Assembly: GCF_009834535.1 (NCBI RefSeq)
Contig: NC_045707.1
Coordinates: 59,584,001 to 59,648,000, forward strand
Length of the DNA stretch: 64,000 nt
Reading direction: 5' to 3'
Origin: Camelus ferus
Lineage: Eukaryota
The number at the start of each line of letters is the position of its first letter. Within the stretch, counting starts at the first letter, position 1. The notes under the pieces are model-generated. The model worked only from the letters and a program-made list of their open reading frames with translations. It did not search any database and was not told the DNA's origin. Below, piece after piece: positions 41,012-53,972 of this stretch. The position numbers were made by a program, and so were the translations under genes.

Positions 41012-41201
41012 GATTCTTTTTAAAAAATTCTAACGAAACCAATACACATGCTTTTGTAAAAATAAAACAAAACAGAAGTGTCGAAACTGAGAAGTGAAAG
41101 TTTCCCGGTAACTTGCAACCCGATCCACTTTTGAATATTTTGGTATATAGTTCTAGATTTTTTTTTCTATGCCTACACACTTCACCACATGACACCATAT
41201 T

Positions 41202-41225
41202 ACACACACACACACACACACACAC
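41202..41225. repeat. (CA)n microsatellite
   Basis: Directly visible. Confidence 0.93.
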
Positions 41226-41515
41226 GATAGAATGTTTAACCAAATCTAGTCAAATTTTATATATCACTCTGAATTTTTCAACTTTTTATGTGGCAATGTT
41301 TTAATAACACTTCTAAAACTGTTTCACATACACTTATCTCACTATTTTTGATGTTATGTTGTACCTAATACCAATCTCCCTGTTGAAGGATATTTAATTT
41401 GTTTAAATATGTTTCTATTGCATCCAAAGTTATAAGAGGCATCTTATATGCTTATCTTTGCACATTCATATTCTAGTATTTTTTACAGGACCAGAACCTA
41501 AATGGGGCTGCTAAG

Positions 41516-41517
<2 letters not shown>

Positions 41518-41547
<30 letters not shown>
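41518..41547. repeat. (TG)n microsatellite
   Basis: Directly visible. Confidence 0.93.
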
Positions 41548-41550
<3 letters not shown>

Positions 41551-42094
41551 TAATGAATCCTAGATACATTGCAAAATACAACAAAGAAGAAAAAGAGAGT
41601 GTTCCTTTACCATAGAAAATACAAGTGGCATCTTAATACATATGTAGTGGGATTAAGCGTCCTGAAAGACATAAATGGAAACATTCTGTTGCATAAGGAA
41701 AACATATATGATGGCAACAAAACATCTTTTTTCTCCATGTTTATGATCTTGATGCTAAAGATATTAAAATGTGAGAAGAACCACCCGCACAACCGTCTCC
41801 TGAATTAGAATACAAACACGTGATTTCTAGACAGACATTCTTTTATTTGGTGATCACTTTCCTCAATTAATATTTTTTTCTGCTTGTATTATTGTAAACA
41901 TTTATTTTATACAGATTTATACTATCTAGAATCTTAACAAATGAGCACTTTCCCTTCATCTATACATCAATCAAATGACAGCATTAATTTTTGGCTTTCT
42001 GGTAGAAACTTCAGGGTGAGCCAGGCTTGATTGGTGCCTACCGCTAGGCAGAGAGTTAGCATGACCAGGTAATCGACATTAAACGATCCACAAA

Positions 42095-42330
42095 GATGAA
42101 GAACATGTGTTCTGGAGTCAAGTAGCCCTGGCCTGGAGGCCCAGCAAACCACTTACCAACACTGGGACCTTGAGCAAGTAACTTATCCTTTATAAACCTC
42201 AGATTCTCATCTGCAAAATATGGATAATAATAATACTTACACATTATAGGACTTGTCAGGACCAGAGAAGATGACACTTGCAAAGTGCTTGTCTCAGAAC
42301 TGGCTCTGAAGAACTGCCTGCTATTATTAT
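42095..42330 (+). mobile_element. MIR SINE
   Basis: Contains ccacttaccaacactgggaccttgagcaagtaactta..ctcagattctcatctgcaaaatatggataataata. Confidence 0.88.
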
Positions 42331-43949
42331 CACTGTTATGGCATCTAGTGTTATTTGCTAAGATGGCTTCCAGCAAATATTTGTTGATATTACCATTTTA
42401 CAACGGTTAAAAAATTTGAGAGAACTGGCAGGAGAGGACCCAAGAAACTCTACTTCTTACTTCTAACACTACTCACATCTCTGACTCCTCCTGCCTTCTA
42501 AATCACTGGGGCCACAGATATGTTCAAACTCAGAGGAATGTATCCAATTTCAAGGCTGCGATGTTCTCATCCAGGCCTGCACTGCCTCCATCGTGACACC
42601 ACCTCCACCAAACTCCATTTTTTTTCTTTTTATGAAGGTGTTCAATTATAGAAAAAAATTACTTATTTAAATATACACAGAATGGAATGTATTAAAAATA
42701 AAAACAATAATATTTTCATTCTCCAAATGCATGTCAACCATGCCTTCGCCTCTATCCAAATCCCTCCTGGGACTTAGGTGAGAAAACAGATGGGAAGCCA
42801 GCTGGTTGGCTGCAAGACCTTGTTGGGAAAGCCTCTGACTGAGCTCATGAAACAGTTTCCTACTTGGTCCAGGATTTCTTCTAGAGGAATCCCACGCCTA
42901 TGTGCTTTGACTTGTCCAGTGTCTCTAACATGTGGAACTTTGCTCAGACAATGGCTGCGACCCAGCTGCAATCAGTAAAATCTATTCAGACTAAATGAGT
43001 GAATTTAAAAATTAAGTCTATGTACTTTATTTTACTCATTCTTTTGAAGAGACATGTGTAAAAGATACCCAATTCAAGTAAATCAGTGCCTTCCAAAGGA
43101 GGTTATAATCCAGATGAGGATGTATAAAATAATTACAGAGCAACTTCTACATATTTTAATATTATATATAAGCTTTATTTTTCTTTTAAGAAATTAAAAA
43201 ATAAATTAAAAAGTGGAAATATGAAGAGCATTTTAATGAAACAGTCTTCAAGCAGAGGACACATGGTATATAAATATATTTAAAACATCAATGAATTTAG
43301 TGTAATAATCTGATGAGGGAAGATACAATCTTGTCAATTGTCATTAGAGTCTGTTGTTCAAATCAACACAACAGAATGGTAAAGTCATGTCTAAATTTTG
43401 GATCTGAACTCCAAAGTTGCCCTTGATTCATTTCTACAAAAAATAATCACAGAATTCAACCTCTTAGCCTCAGCTGAATGAGCTAAAAAATATATGGTAA
43501 TGCATTTTGTAGGATTATGGTATGAATTAATTATAGGGTTTTTTAATGAAGACATTGATATAATTGGGAATGATATCATATTAATCATAAATCAGTATTT
43601 GGTATCTTCTATACCAGGGTCATTGAGTATTTGAGTCATCAAGGTTCTGACCAAAGCTTTAAATAATCAATTACCTTCAAACATCTGGAGCCAGTTTTCT
43701 TTAACTGTTTTAACTGCAATATTGTGAACATAAATGTCATCTCAGATAATAATTATATTTCACTTAATTCAGAAGAATTAATGAGATTACATTTACCAAA
43801 GTGCTACTTAGAAATCCTAGCACACTTGTATGCATAATAGTTCATTTACAGCAATTAAAATAATAGAAATTGAAGGCACCATGGCATATTTTATATTTCA
43901 CATTTATTAGCATGGATCTTGGGGCCTATTATGCAATAGCAGGAATTCT

Positions 43950-44170
43950 TCGAGGAACATTCTATATGGTTGGAATTTCTGTTCTGCCACTTACTATCCA
44001 TGTGAATACTGACTGAACATTTATTTCCTCTCAGTGTCAGATTTTTCTCATCTGTAAAATGAGATAATGGCAATAATAGTATTATTGACTAATGGGATTA
44101 TTGTGAGGATTGAATGGATTTATACTTTTGGAACATGGCCTTTCACTTACTAAATATTTGTTAAATGTTA
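43950..44170 (+). mobile_element. MIR SINE
   Basis: Contains tctgccacttacta..tctcatctgtaaaatgagataat..ttgtgaggattgaatg. Confidence 0.85.
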
Positions 44171-44409
44171 AATAGTATTACTAGCTCACTGTTTTAATAT
44201 GAAATATATTTACATTAGAGTAAGTTTCTTAACGTTTTACAACAGTATCATTGTCAAATCCTTAAATATTAGCTATCTAGCCAAATGTAGTCAATCTAAC
44301 TGAGGAAAACTGCTGGGATTTATAATGATCTCTTAACTTAGTCATCTGTTCCTCCACTATGTCTTTTACAGTGCTAATTTTAATTATAAAATAATAGGGT
44401 CACATGGAA

Positions 44410-45745
44410 GGCAAAATTCCTGATTTCAAGCTATACTGTAAAGCTCTGGTCATTAAAACAATATGGCACTGGCATAAAAACAGACAAAAAGACCAATGGA
44501 ACAGAATTGAAGGCTCAGAAACAAATCCATGCAGACATGGACAACAAATATTTCACAAGGGAGCTAAGAGCACTCAATGAAGAAGAGAGTCTCCTCGATA
44601 ACTGGTGCTGAGATAACTGGATATTCACATGTAGAAGAATGAAACTGGACCACACTGGATATATTTGCCACATAAAAAAATTAACTCAGAATGGATTAAG
44701 ATCTACAACCATGAAGCTCCTAGAAATAAACATAGGAATGAAGTTCCTTGGCATGGGTCTTGGTAATGAATTTGGGGTATGACACCTAAACCACAAGAAA
44801 CAAAATAAAAAATAAATAAATGGGACTACATCAAATGAAAAAGCTTCTGTACAGAAAAACAAACCATCAACAAAGTAAAAACACAAACAATGGAATGGGA
44901 AAAATATTTGCAAGTCATATATCTAATAAGGGATTAATATCCAAAATATATAAAGATATCATGCAATTCAACAGCAAAAATACAAATAACCCAATTGAAA
45001 AAAATAGGCAAGGGTCCTGAATAGACATTTCTCCAAAGAAGATATACAAAAAGCCAACCTGTATATAAAATGATGCTCAACATTACTAATCAGGGAAGTG
45101 CAAATTGAAACCACAATGTGATATCATCTCACACCCATTAGAATGGCTATCATCAAAAAGACAAGAGATAATAAACAATGGCATGCATATGAAGAAAAGA
45201 GAACCCTCGTGCACTATTAGTGGGGTTATAAATTGGTACGACCATGAGCAAAAACAGTATGGATGACCCTCAAAAGGTAAAATTAGAACTACCATATGAT
45301 CCAGCAGTTCCACTTCTGGAAATATATCCAAAGGAAATGGAAATACTAACTCAAAAAGATATTTGCACCTTTGTGTTCATACCAGCATTATTTAAACTAA
45401 TTAAGACATTGAGAAAACCTAAGATCCATTTTTGTTTGTTGGTTGGCTTTTTTTTGGTGGGAGGTACTTAGGTTTATTTATTTGTTTGTTTGTTTGTTTG
45501 TTTTAATGGAGGTACTGGGGATTGAACCCAGGACCTCATGCGTACTAAGCACACGCTCCACTACTAAGCTATACCCTCCCCACTCTAAGTGTCCATTGAT
45601 GGATGAAAGAAAAAAGAAGTTGTGGTACATATATAAACATACTATTAAGATATACATACACATAATAGACTATTATTCAGTCGTAGAAAATGAGGAAATC
45701 CTACTATTTGCAATGATATGAATGAAACTTGAAGGTGTTATGCTC
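44410..45745 (+). mobile_element. Older L1 ORF2 3' fragment lacking its 3'UTR, interrupted by a SINE
   Basis: Contains ggcactggcataaaaacagac..gaccaatggaacagaattga, and peptides ELPYDPAVPLLEIYPKEM and KCPLMDERKKKLWYIY. Confidence 0.92.
45431..45581 (-). mobile_element. Vic-1-like camelid SINE nested in L1
   Basis: Reverse strand reads ggggagggtatagcttagtagtggagcgtgtgcttag..gtcctgggttcaatccccagtacctcc. Imperfect TSD ctaag(a/tg)tccatt at 45419-45430 and 45585-45597. Confidence 0.93.
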
Positions 45746-46364
45746 CCTGGTCTATTCACATTATTGTCTTTGAGGAGTCAAATAGGCTTTTCTAATCCAT
45801 ACCAGACAGAAACCGTTTTGAAAACTAAGAGTTTCAATGGAAATAACGGAGCTTCTACATTTTAAAAATCAGCAAGGGCCTATCAAAAGGAATAGCATCC
45901 TTGTTTTGTTTTGTTTTTTCCAATTCCTGAAAACCATATGGAATTATCTAAGAAAAAGCCTTTGATCCAAGATAGTACTTGAAATCAGGACAGGAAGAAT
46001 GTACAGACCACATATGGGAAAGTACAAAAAGCAAGGAAGATGTGAGGACAGGTTATAATAACTCCAGTCTGGCAGGCATCATCAATTTCACCGCTCTTCA
46101 GACAGCAGTGTTGGTGGGCAATGACAGCCATGAATAAGATGTGGCGTCATGGTGCCATTGGTAACAGTAACTATGCTTGCCAACTGCTCCCCAGACTATC
46201 AATTCTGAGAGAAAAGATGCACAAGGGAAGGAGAAGAATCTGGAATTGACTGAGCCTTTTCCTCAAAGACTGAGCTTTAAACCATAAGTGACTGAATACT
46301 CTGAATAGGGAGAAATAAATTTTATATACATATATATTATATTATTTTTTCATGGCACATATAT

Positions 46365-47102
46365 GTTTTATTTTTTTTGTAAATCAATTGTACTTCATTT
46401 GCTTTCATATTCTTTTTTTTTCATTATAGGTTACTACAAGATATTGAATACAGTTCCCTGTGCTATATAGTATAAACTTGCTGTTTATCTATTTTATATA
46501 TAGTAGTTATAGTATATGCAAATTTCAAACTCCCAAGTGATCCTTTCCTACCACCTTCCTTCCCTGGTAACAATAAGTTTGTTTTCTATGCCTATGAGTC
46601 TGTTTCTGTTTTATAAATAAATTTGTCTTTTTTTTTTTAGATTCCACATATAGTAATATCATATGGTATTTTTCTTTCTCTTTCTGGCTTACTTCACTTA
46701 GAATGACATTATCCAGGTCCATCCACATTGCTGCAAATGGCATTATTTTATTGTTTTTATGGCTAAGTAGTATTCCATTGTATAAATATACCACAACTTC
46801 ATTATCCAGTCATCTGTTGATGGACATTTAGGTTGCATCCATGTCTTGGCTACTGGAAATAGTGCTGCTACGAAGTTGGGGTGCATATATCTTTTCAAAT
46901 TAAAGTTCTCTCTGGATATATGCCCAGGAGTGGGATTGCTGGATCATATGGTAAGTCTGTTTTTAGTTTTTTGAGGAACCTCCATACTGTTATCCATAAC
47001 AGGTGCACCAAACTACATTCCCACCAGCAGTGTAGGAGGGGTCCCCTTTCTCCACACCCTCTGCAGCATTTATTGTTTATGGACTTTTTAATGATGGCCA
47101 TT
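46365..47102 (-). mobile_element. L1 3' fragment (ORF2 end and 3'UTR), sense to NAV3
   Basis: ORFs 46895-47101 ([34 protein letters not shown]) and 46525-46794 (IMPFAAMWMDLDNVILSEVSQ). Confidence 0.94.
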
Positions 47103-49826
47103 CAAAAAAGCTGTAATTTTGTACATCCCACTTTATGACTCAAAAATCCAAGAATGGTAGGCAATGTTGGACAAAGGAGATTAGAAAAATTACAGTGTGG
47201 AATTAAGATAAGAATCATGCTAATTTTAGTCAGCTTGAAATTTGATCACAGGCTGGGTCTTCTGTTGCTATCATAGAACTGATGTGACCAAAAGATCATG
47301 GAGTTCAATCTCATGACTCCTGCACACTTTTCCAGAAATCTCAATACTGAGGGCTACAAGGTACTATTATAAAATGAACCCATTAAAAGCTCTTGGTAAT
47401 ATCAATACCACCACAAAATATGTAATAGATTCACCAAGGAAATGATTCAACTCAGCTAGTTTATTTCCCAGTTTTTACTTCAAGGAAAATACTATTTATG
47501 AAGCTAAAAAAGAATTTCAAGTTGAAGGTTGATTAAAAGTCAATATTAATGAGTCAACAACCCCATAAAAATCACTAGGTGGTCTATAGAGGAGGGCAAA
47601 TTCTAAAGCAAAATGAAATAAACTCTGATAATTTCCTTCTGCTTTTGCTTCATTTCTTATACCCAATCTGACCCAGTCTCCTTAACACCTCCTGATCCTT
47701 CTTCTCCATTACACTGTAGTCATTCTGGTTCCGCCTTTCATCATCTCTCATCCAAATTGCTTTAAAAGTCCTAGAAACCGTCTTTAAGTTAGGCAGGTTA
47801 AACATTAAACTATTCTATACACTATAGATAGAGATTGCTTTAAAATGCAAATCTGATCAACCAATTTATCTTCCAAACTAAAAATCACATAGTAACTCCT
47901 ACTTGACTTTATAATAAAAGTTTCCTTATGAAGCCAACTAACTCAGGGGAAAGCATATTCCATGTATAAGGTACAGGGATAATGAAATTTACAAAGGGGC
48001 AGGTGTATATTTCATATTCTGAATTTTGAATTCACTGAATATTGAATAATTCCGTTCGGTTAGAACACGGTAGGAGATGCACATGAAAAAACTAGAGAGA
48101 AGAGGGTAGCAATAAAGTAGGGGTCCTATAGAAAATTAATAGGGCTGTATCAATATTTTTAGGTGAAAGTTAGCTTATTTTTATGTAGGGGACATAAAAA
48201 TGACAGCTACGGCTATATTTCTAAACTCTAGCTCTGACGCAGTATGAAGAATAGTTTCAAACAAAGTAAAACTGAGTAAAGGGAGACTACTTGAGAGGCT
48301 AACACTTAAGATGTAAGACTTCCATTTTCTGGTGGTAAAATAATTTTTCACCCTGTATTTTCTAGAAATTCGCCTTCAAAACAGCACGAAAGTAAAACCA
48401 AAACTCAAGTTGTATCTCCCATGACCACAATATACGAATATTGAAAGTAGATGAAAAAGTGATACATGAGTTAGCCAAGAGGAGTTAAAAACCATCAAGC
48501 CCACAGGAGCCTGCAGAGGGAGGCATCAGAGCGATGCAAACAGATGGTCCCACAGAACCCCAGAACAGCTCAGGAAGTGTGGGCAACAGACAGAATGGAA
48601 GGTGGGGTGAACCAGACATAAGAACTATGCGACTACTTGCCTCCCCCTCAAACCATCAAGAGCCAGGAAATAGAGGCCAGGGAAAGTCCAGACTTAGAAT
48701 TACCAGTCAGACAGGAGGGTGGAGGCATAGGGCTGATAACAGCAAGGGATGAAATGAAATCCTACATTCTGATGTTGAGACTCCAGCAACTGTCTTCCCC
48801 TTTTAGGCTCTTCCTCCTTCAGAAATGCAAGATTCAATCTCCCCCCTTCCTTATATCAGCCAGAACTGGAAAGTCCTCCTGTGACAACAATGATCCCCTA
48901 AGACCAACAGACATCCACATTCAGCGTACCCAGTGAATCAACCAGCTGGTCAGTGGACGACCTATAATGACGCCCAGAGGACACTAAGAAATGTGTGTAT
49001 GTGTGAACATTGCTTTTCAGTGTCTCCCACTGGATACATACAGAGATGAAGGTCAACGTACATCTGATGAAATCCGCTAAAATAGAATACAGACACCAGA
49101 CAGGCAGATAAAAAATCAGAATCAAACAGAGTCAAAGGCAGGAACAAAATGAAACTTCAAGGAAGTTATAATATGGGCATCTCCTACTTAGTAGACATCC
49201 AAAATTTCCTGGCTTATGGACTTTGGGCCATCTATGCACAATCCACGTACATGATACAAACCAGACTTGTGCGATGTGGTAGCCTTGAGAAGTTCATACA
49301 AAAGAACTCTAAAAATGTCATTTTTAGGATTTAAGGAAATATAAATATTTCTTAATTTTGAGAAGATTTAATTTTTGGATACAAAGAAGAAAACTCCTTA
49401 ATGATTATTATTATATTAAAATTCTGGTCCAGGGCACATATATTACTAATAATATATTCCATGTGAAGGGATTCACAGTCTTAAGTAAACATGATTAAAC
49501 TTCATATACATGCAAATATGTCTTTCTCCATTATTACTGCATTTAATTTTTCAAGTTCTTTGAGAGTTATTTACAATCTGAAAAAAGAATACACCTAGGC
49601 TGGCTGCTGTACTTATTTCGACACATAAAACAAATAATCGACATTGTACACAATCCTACCCACCCCACTGACACTTTTGGTATATAGCTGTCGAATGCAT
49701 CCCTTAACTTAAGTTTCAAAGTTTACTGAAACTGAAATTCTACTGATATTTTCATTTACAACTGCATTTATCTGTTTATACTTTTATCTGCAAATTGTTA
49801 ACTTGGAATGTAATGATATCTCTCTA

Positions 49827-50572
49827 CAGCCATACCTCAGAGATACTGTGGGTTCAGTTCCAGACCACCTCAATAAAGCAAGTATCTCAATAAAGCAAGT
49901 CACTGTGCATTTTTTTAGTTTTGCAGTGCACGTAAAAGCTACACTATGCTGTAGTCCATTAAGTGTGTGATAGCATTATGTCTGAATAAACAATGTACAT
50001 ACCTGAATCAAAAAATACTTGTGCTATACAGGATAAAGTTGTTGTTTATCTATTTTATGTATGTTAGTATCTGCAAATCTTGATATATACGGTTTAGCAC
50101 AAGGAATTATATTCAATATCTTGTAGTAATTTATGGTGAAAAAGAATATGAAAACGAATACATGTATGTTCCTATATGACTGAAGCATACCAGAAATTGA
50201 CACATTGTAAACTGACTATACTTCAATAAAAATATATTAAAAAATACTTTATTGCTAAAAAATGCTAACCATCATCTGAGCCTTCAGTGAGTTGTAATCT
50301 TTTTGCAATAGGAACATCAAAAATCGCTGATCATAGATCACCATAGCAAATGTAATAATCCTGAAAAAGGCTTAAATACTGTAAGAATTACCAAAATGTG
50401 ATACAGAGATACCAAGTAAGCAAGTGCTATTGGGAAAGTTTGATGCAGGGTTGCCATAAACCTTCAATTTGTAAAAATAAACAAACAAACAAAACCCCAC
50501 AAACAAAAACAAACAAGCAAATCATAGTATCTGGGAAGCGCCAATAAAGCAAAATAAAATGAGGTAAGCCTG
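49827..50572 (-). mobile_element. Internally deleted Tigger1 (TcMar) non-autonomous element
   Basis: TA TSD at 49825-49826 and 50573-50574; TIRs cagccatacctc and gaggtaagcctg. Both Tigger1 ends are recognisable and there is no transposase. Confidence 0.92.
50021..50238 (+). mobile_element. Short L1 3'UTR insertion with 5' inversion, nested in Tigger1
   Basis: TSD aaaaaatactt at 50010-50020 and 50239-50249. The first ~62 nt are antisense and the remainder is sense with aataaa. Confidence 0.9.
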
Positions 50573-51767
50573 TATTTTCATACTGGAAATAGGACATTTT
50601 AAGAGGGACAGAAATAGACCTAAATGTAAGGTGACAAGAAGAGATAGAGTTTACTGTGATGGCTATAGTATGTCCTGATTTTTTTTTTTCACTTGAGTTT
50701 TTTTTTATAGAGAAAACAATGAAGTTCTAATACCACAGAGGCATGCATGATCAAATTAAATCAGCCAATATGGACCCAGCAGTGAATATTTCAGAATGAA
50801 TTCTACAGAGAATACTACATTTTGTAAATTTTTGGAAAAAGGAGTTGGATATTACAATTATACAGTGCAATTCTGGTACTAATTTACATTTTTTCACTTC
50901 AGTTGCATGTCCACCGCCACCTACAGAAGCACAAAAAAAAAGGCTACATAGTATTCTTTCTCCAAGATGTAATATCTATGAATAATATTGTTGAGAGTAA
51001 GGCACTGTTTTCAGTGTTAAATGGTTTAACTCAGTCAACCCTCAAAGCTCCCTAAGAGGAAAGTACTATTATTCCATTTTAGACACGAGGATCTTGAAAC
51101 AGAAAGGTGAAGTATTTTCCCTGGGTCTCAAAAGTAAGGGTGCCAAAGCACCCAGATATTCTGGCTCAGAATCTGTCCTTTTAGCCCACACAAAAGGAAA
51201 TATTTCATTCACGAGCTCCCTTAATTCCAGCCTCCTACAGTTATTTCCACTGCATCTGACACACATCTCAAAATATGGGGGAAAAGCTCCTTTATTCGAC
51301 TGCTACAACATCTGGCGTGCATAGAATGCTCTATGGGGAATCCATCCTAACAGCTTGCGAAATTCTCAAACCCAGGTGACAGCATGAGCTAAACTCTGCA
51401 TATTAAACCGTTACCAAAGAGTATTTTAGAAAAACCGTTAAGAGAGCTTTTGGTTTTCATACTTTTCGGGGGGGGGGTGGGAAGCACGATACTTGAAATT
51501 CTTTTACCTTCTTTTTATCTCAGTCTGATAATTGATGTAAACACTGCAAGTTGAATTCAAGGTAAATATTAGCAACTATCCTTCAAAGGCTAAATAATAT
51601 TGCAGAAAAATATGCGTAAGAAAATAACAGCAATGAAACACAAAGTTAGGAAAGAATAAACTTCTATTAGTCTTAGCAGTTCAGTGTTTCTAGGCTTCTG
51701 ACCTAGGTATTTCCACTCACATGCCAAAAATTAGCAGAATTGACTGACAGGAACATTTAGCATCAAC

Positions 51768-51953
51768 CAGTAGCTCTCAAAGTATGGTCCCTGGACCAAC
51801 ATCACCAAGGTCATCTAGGAACTTGCTAGAAATGCAAAATATCGGTCCTCACCCTAGATTCACTGACTAGATATTCTGAAGGTGGGGCCAGTAATCTGAG
51901 TTTTAACAAACCCTCCAGGTGACTTTGATGTATGCTAATATTTGAGACCACTG
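51768..51953. mobile_element. MER5A MITE, near full length
   Basis: TIRs cagtagctctcaaa and tttgagaccactg; internal gaacttgctagaaatgcaaa and ttttaacaaaccctccaggtga. Confidence 0.9.
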
Positions 51954-53898
51954 TTCACACATAAAAATAGTTCTATTTCTAATACTTTAAACTGTGTTTA
52001 AATATAAAGAGAATCCCATTTCAATGTAAGTGAAAAGTTATAAAAAGCCCATTGCTTATATAGTATTTTCCCTGTCCTCCTAAACTTCTCTTGCTACCAA
52101 AAACAAAAACAAACAAAAAAAACCTCACAATGAGCCCAGAAATACTGACTGTAAGTACTCTTGGCAAACCATTCATTCCTATGCTAAATGCTTTAAATTT
52201 TTAGTGATAAATGTAGGCATCTATTTCCAAGTTTTTTCAAAATAAAAAAAATCATTATTTAGAAAGAGGTAAACAAGAAGTGGTTTACATTTACTTAGAC
52301 TAAAAACATTGAACTTGGAAGCTAAGAGAGCACATTTCCTGCTGGGCTAAAAAACTGCAGTGGAAAGTAATGGAAATAAAAATGCATCACCCCTGGGATA
52401 CTGATACACCCATCCAGCCGTCCGCTAGGCTGCAGGAATGATATGTCTGGGGACAAAAAGAGACTTTACAAAATATTTGTTTTCTTGCCATCTGTTTTCG
52501 GTTATTGTTGTTACACAGATTCTAAGCAAACACATTATTTGGACGATTTTGTTGATTTCCATTGGGGCATAGCCTACTTCCATATATATTTGAAATTTTT
52601 GAAACCATCATAAATTATAATAAAACACATATATATGTGTATATACATGACATATGGTGAGATCTGTCATCTAGTCTGCTGTTTGTTAAGGACACTTTGA
52701 TGTATTCAATTTACATTCCAATCAGACACAGTTATATCGGCTTCCTGCAGGTAGTTTCTCACCAGTGATGTGCTATAGCTCCACGTTGCCACGGGTAGGG
52801 GCTAGAGCCACACCACTCCAAGACTGTCAGCCATCAGCAGCTGAAGTGCTGCTTTGTCACCCTGCAGAGTAAGCCTGCTCACACAATGGGACAACCACAT
52901 CAGTGGTCTCCTGACCCCTGAGAAAGCATCAAGATTTTTGAAGTCATCACATTAACCGTCACCTTGAAAATCTCCCAATTTCACCCCCAAATCCTTTCAG
53001 TTTTTAATTGTACCCCAACAGCCAGATTGCTAAGGATTCGATATATATTCCTTACAAGTGATCACACTAAATTAAGTAAAATGGAAAATAAAAATAAAAG
53101 TAGGAAAAAAAAGAAACCGAAAAGGCAGACTGCTCACTGTATGTTTTCATACTGTATTTATACACAAATGTAAGGTAGCAAATACAAAATCAAAGTTTCT
53201 AATTTGGCCAATATTTCCCGTTCAAGCCTCTAAATCGAATTTGACAGTCTTTTTTCCTTTTAAGCTTATTTCAGGGATTTAAATTGTTCCTCAAGACGTA
53301 CGTGAAACACGGTCTAAAACATTCACCCAATGTGGAACACTCAGGAATAGTTTCTCACTAGGCAGGGAGGTTGATCTCAGTTGATGCTGTTCTCCTACGC
53401 CTCTGAGAAAAGAAAAGTCATATTTTTGAAGAGTTTCAGAAGTGGCGCCTGGAGTCAGAAATTCTGGGCTCCTTTCCCAGTCCCACCACTTACTACTGGA
53501 TCTCGAGTTTCCTCCTTTTTAATGCAGGGATCATATCTTTATCTACCCTGCCTATCTCAGAGGATTACTGTGAGGATTAACTGTAACAGAAAACATTTGC
53601 AAAAGCAAAATATACAAAATAAGGCATCATTAGCATAATCAATGAAACATGTTACTCATGAATTACATTTAAAAACATATTCCCTCCTAAAATACAGTAA
53701 TTTCAAAGACGTATTACACATGCATATTAAGATCAACTACATTTTTATTTTTTAATTGCGTTAATGAGACCCAGAAACTAATTTATTTCCACAAAATGCC
53801 CTTATCTTGAATTTCTTCTCTGTTTGTATCTGATGTATGACTTAGTCTATTCCTAGGAAGGTCATATATCAGCTATATTTTGACAATGGATAATTTTT

Positions 53899-53972
53899 TT
53901 AATGGAGGTATTGGGGATTGAACCCAGGATCTTGTGCTAAGCATGCGTTCCACCACTGAGCTATACCCACCC
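53899..53972 (-). mobile_element. Short Vic-1-like SINE (tRNA head only)
   Basis: Reverse strand reads gggtgggtatagctcagtggtggaacgcatgcttagcacaagatcctgggttcaatccccaatacctccatt. TSD gacaatggat(a/c)attttt at 53882-53898 and 53977-53993. Confidence 0.92.

Noticed and set aside
40818..41243. 141-aa Phe/Leu-rich ORF resembling a membrane protein
   Set aside because: It is the translation of the (GAAAA)n and (CA)n repeats.
48310..49330. GC-richer block with several ORFs, considered as a foreign insert or hidden exon
   Set aside because: It resembles a very old L1M 5' region; no coherent protein, and the family could not be assigned with confidence.
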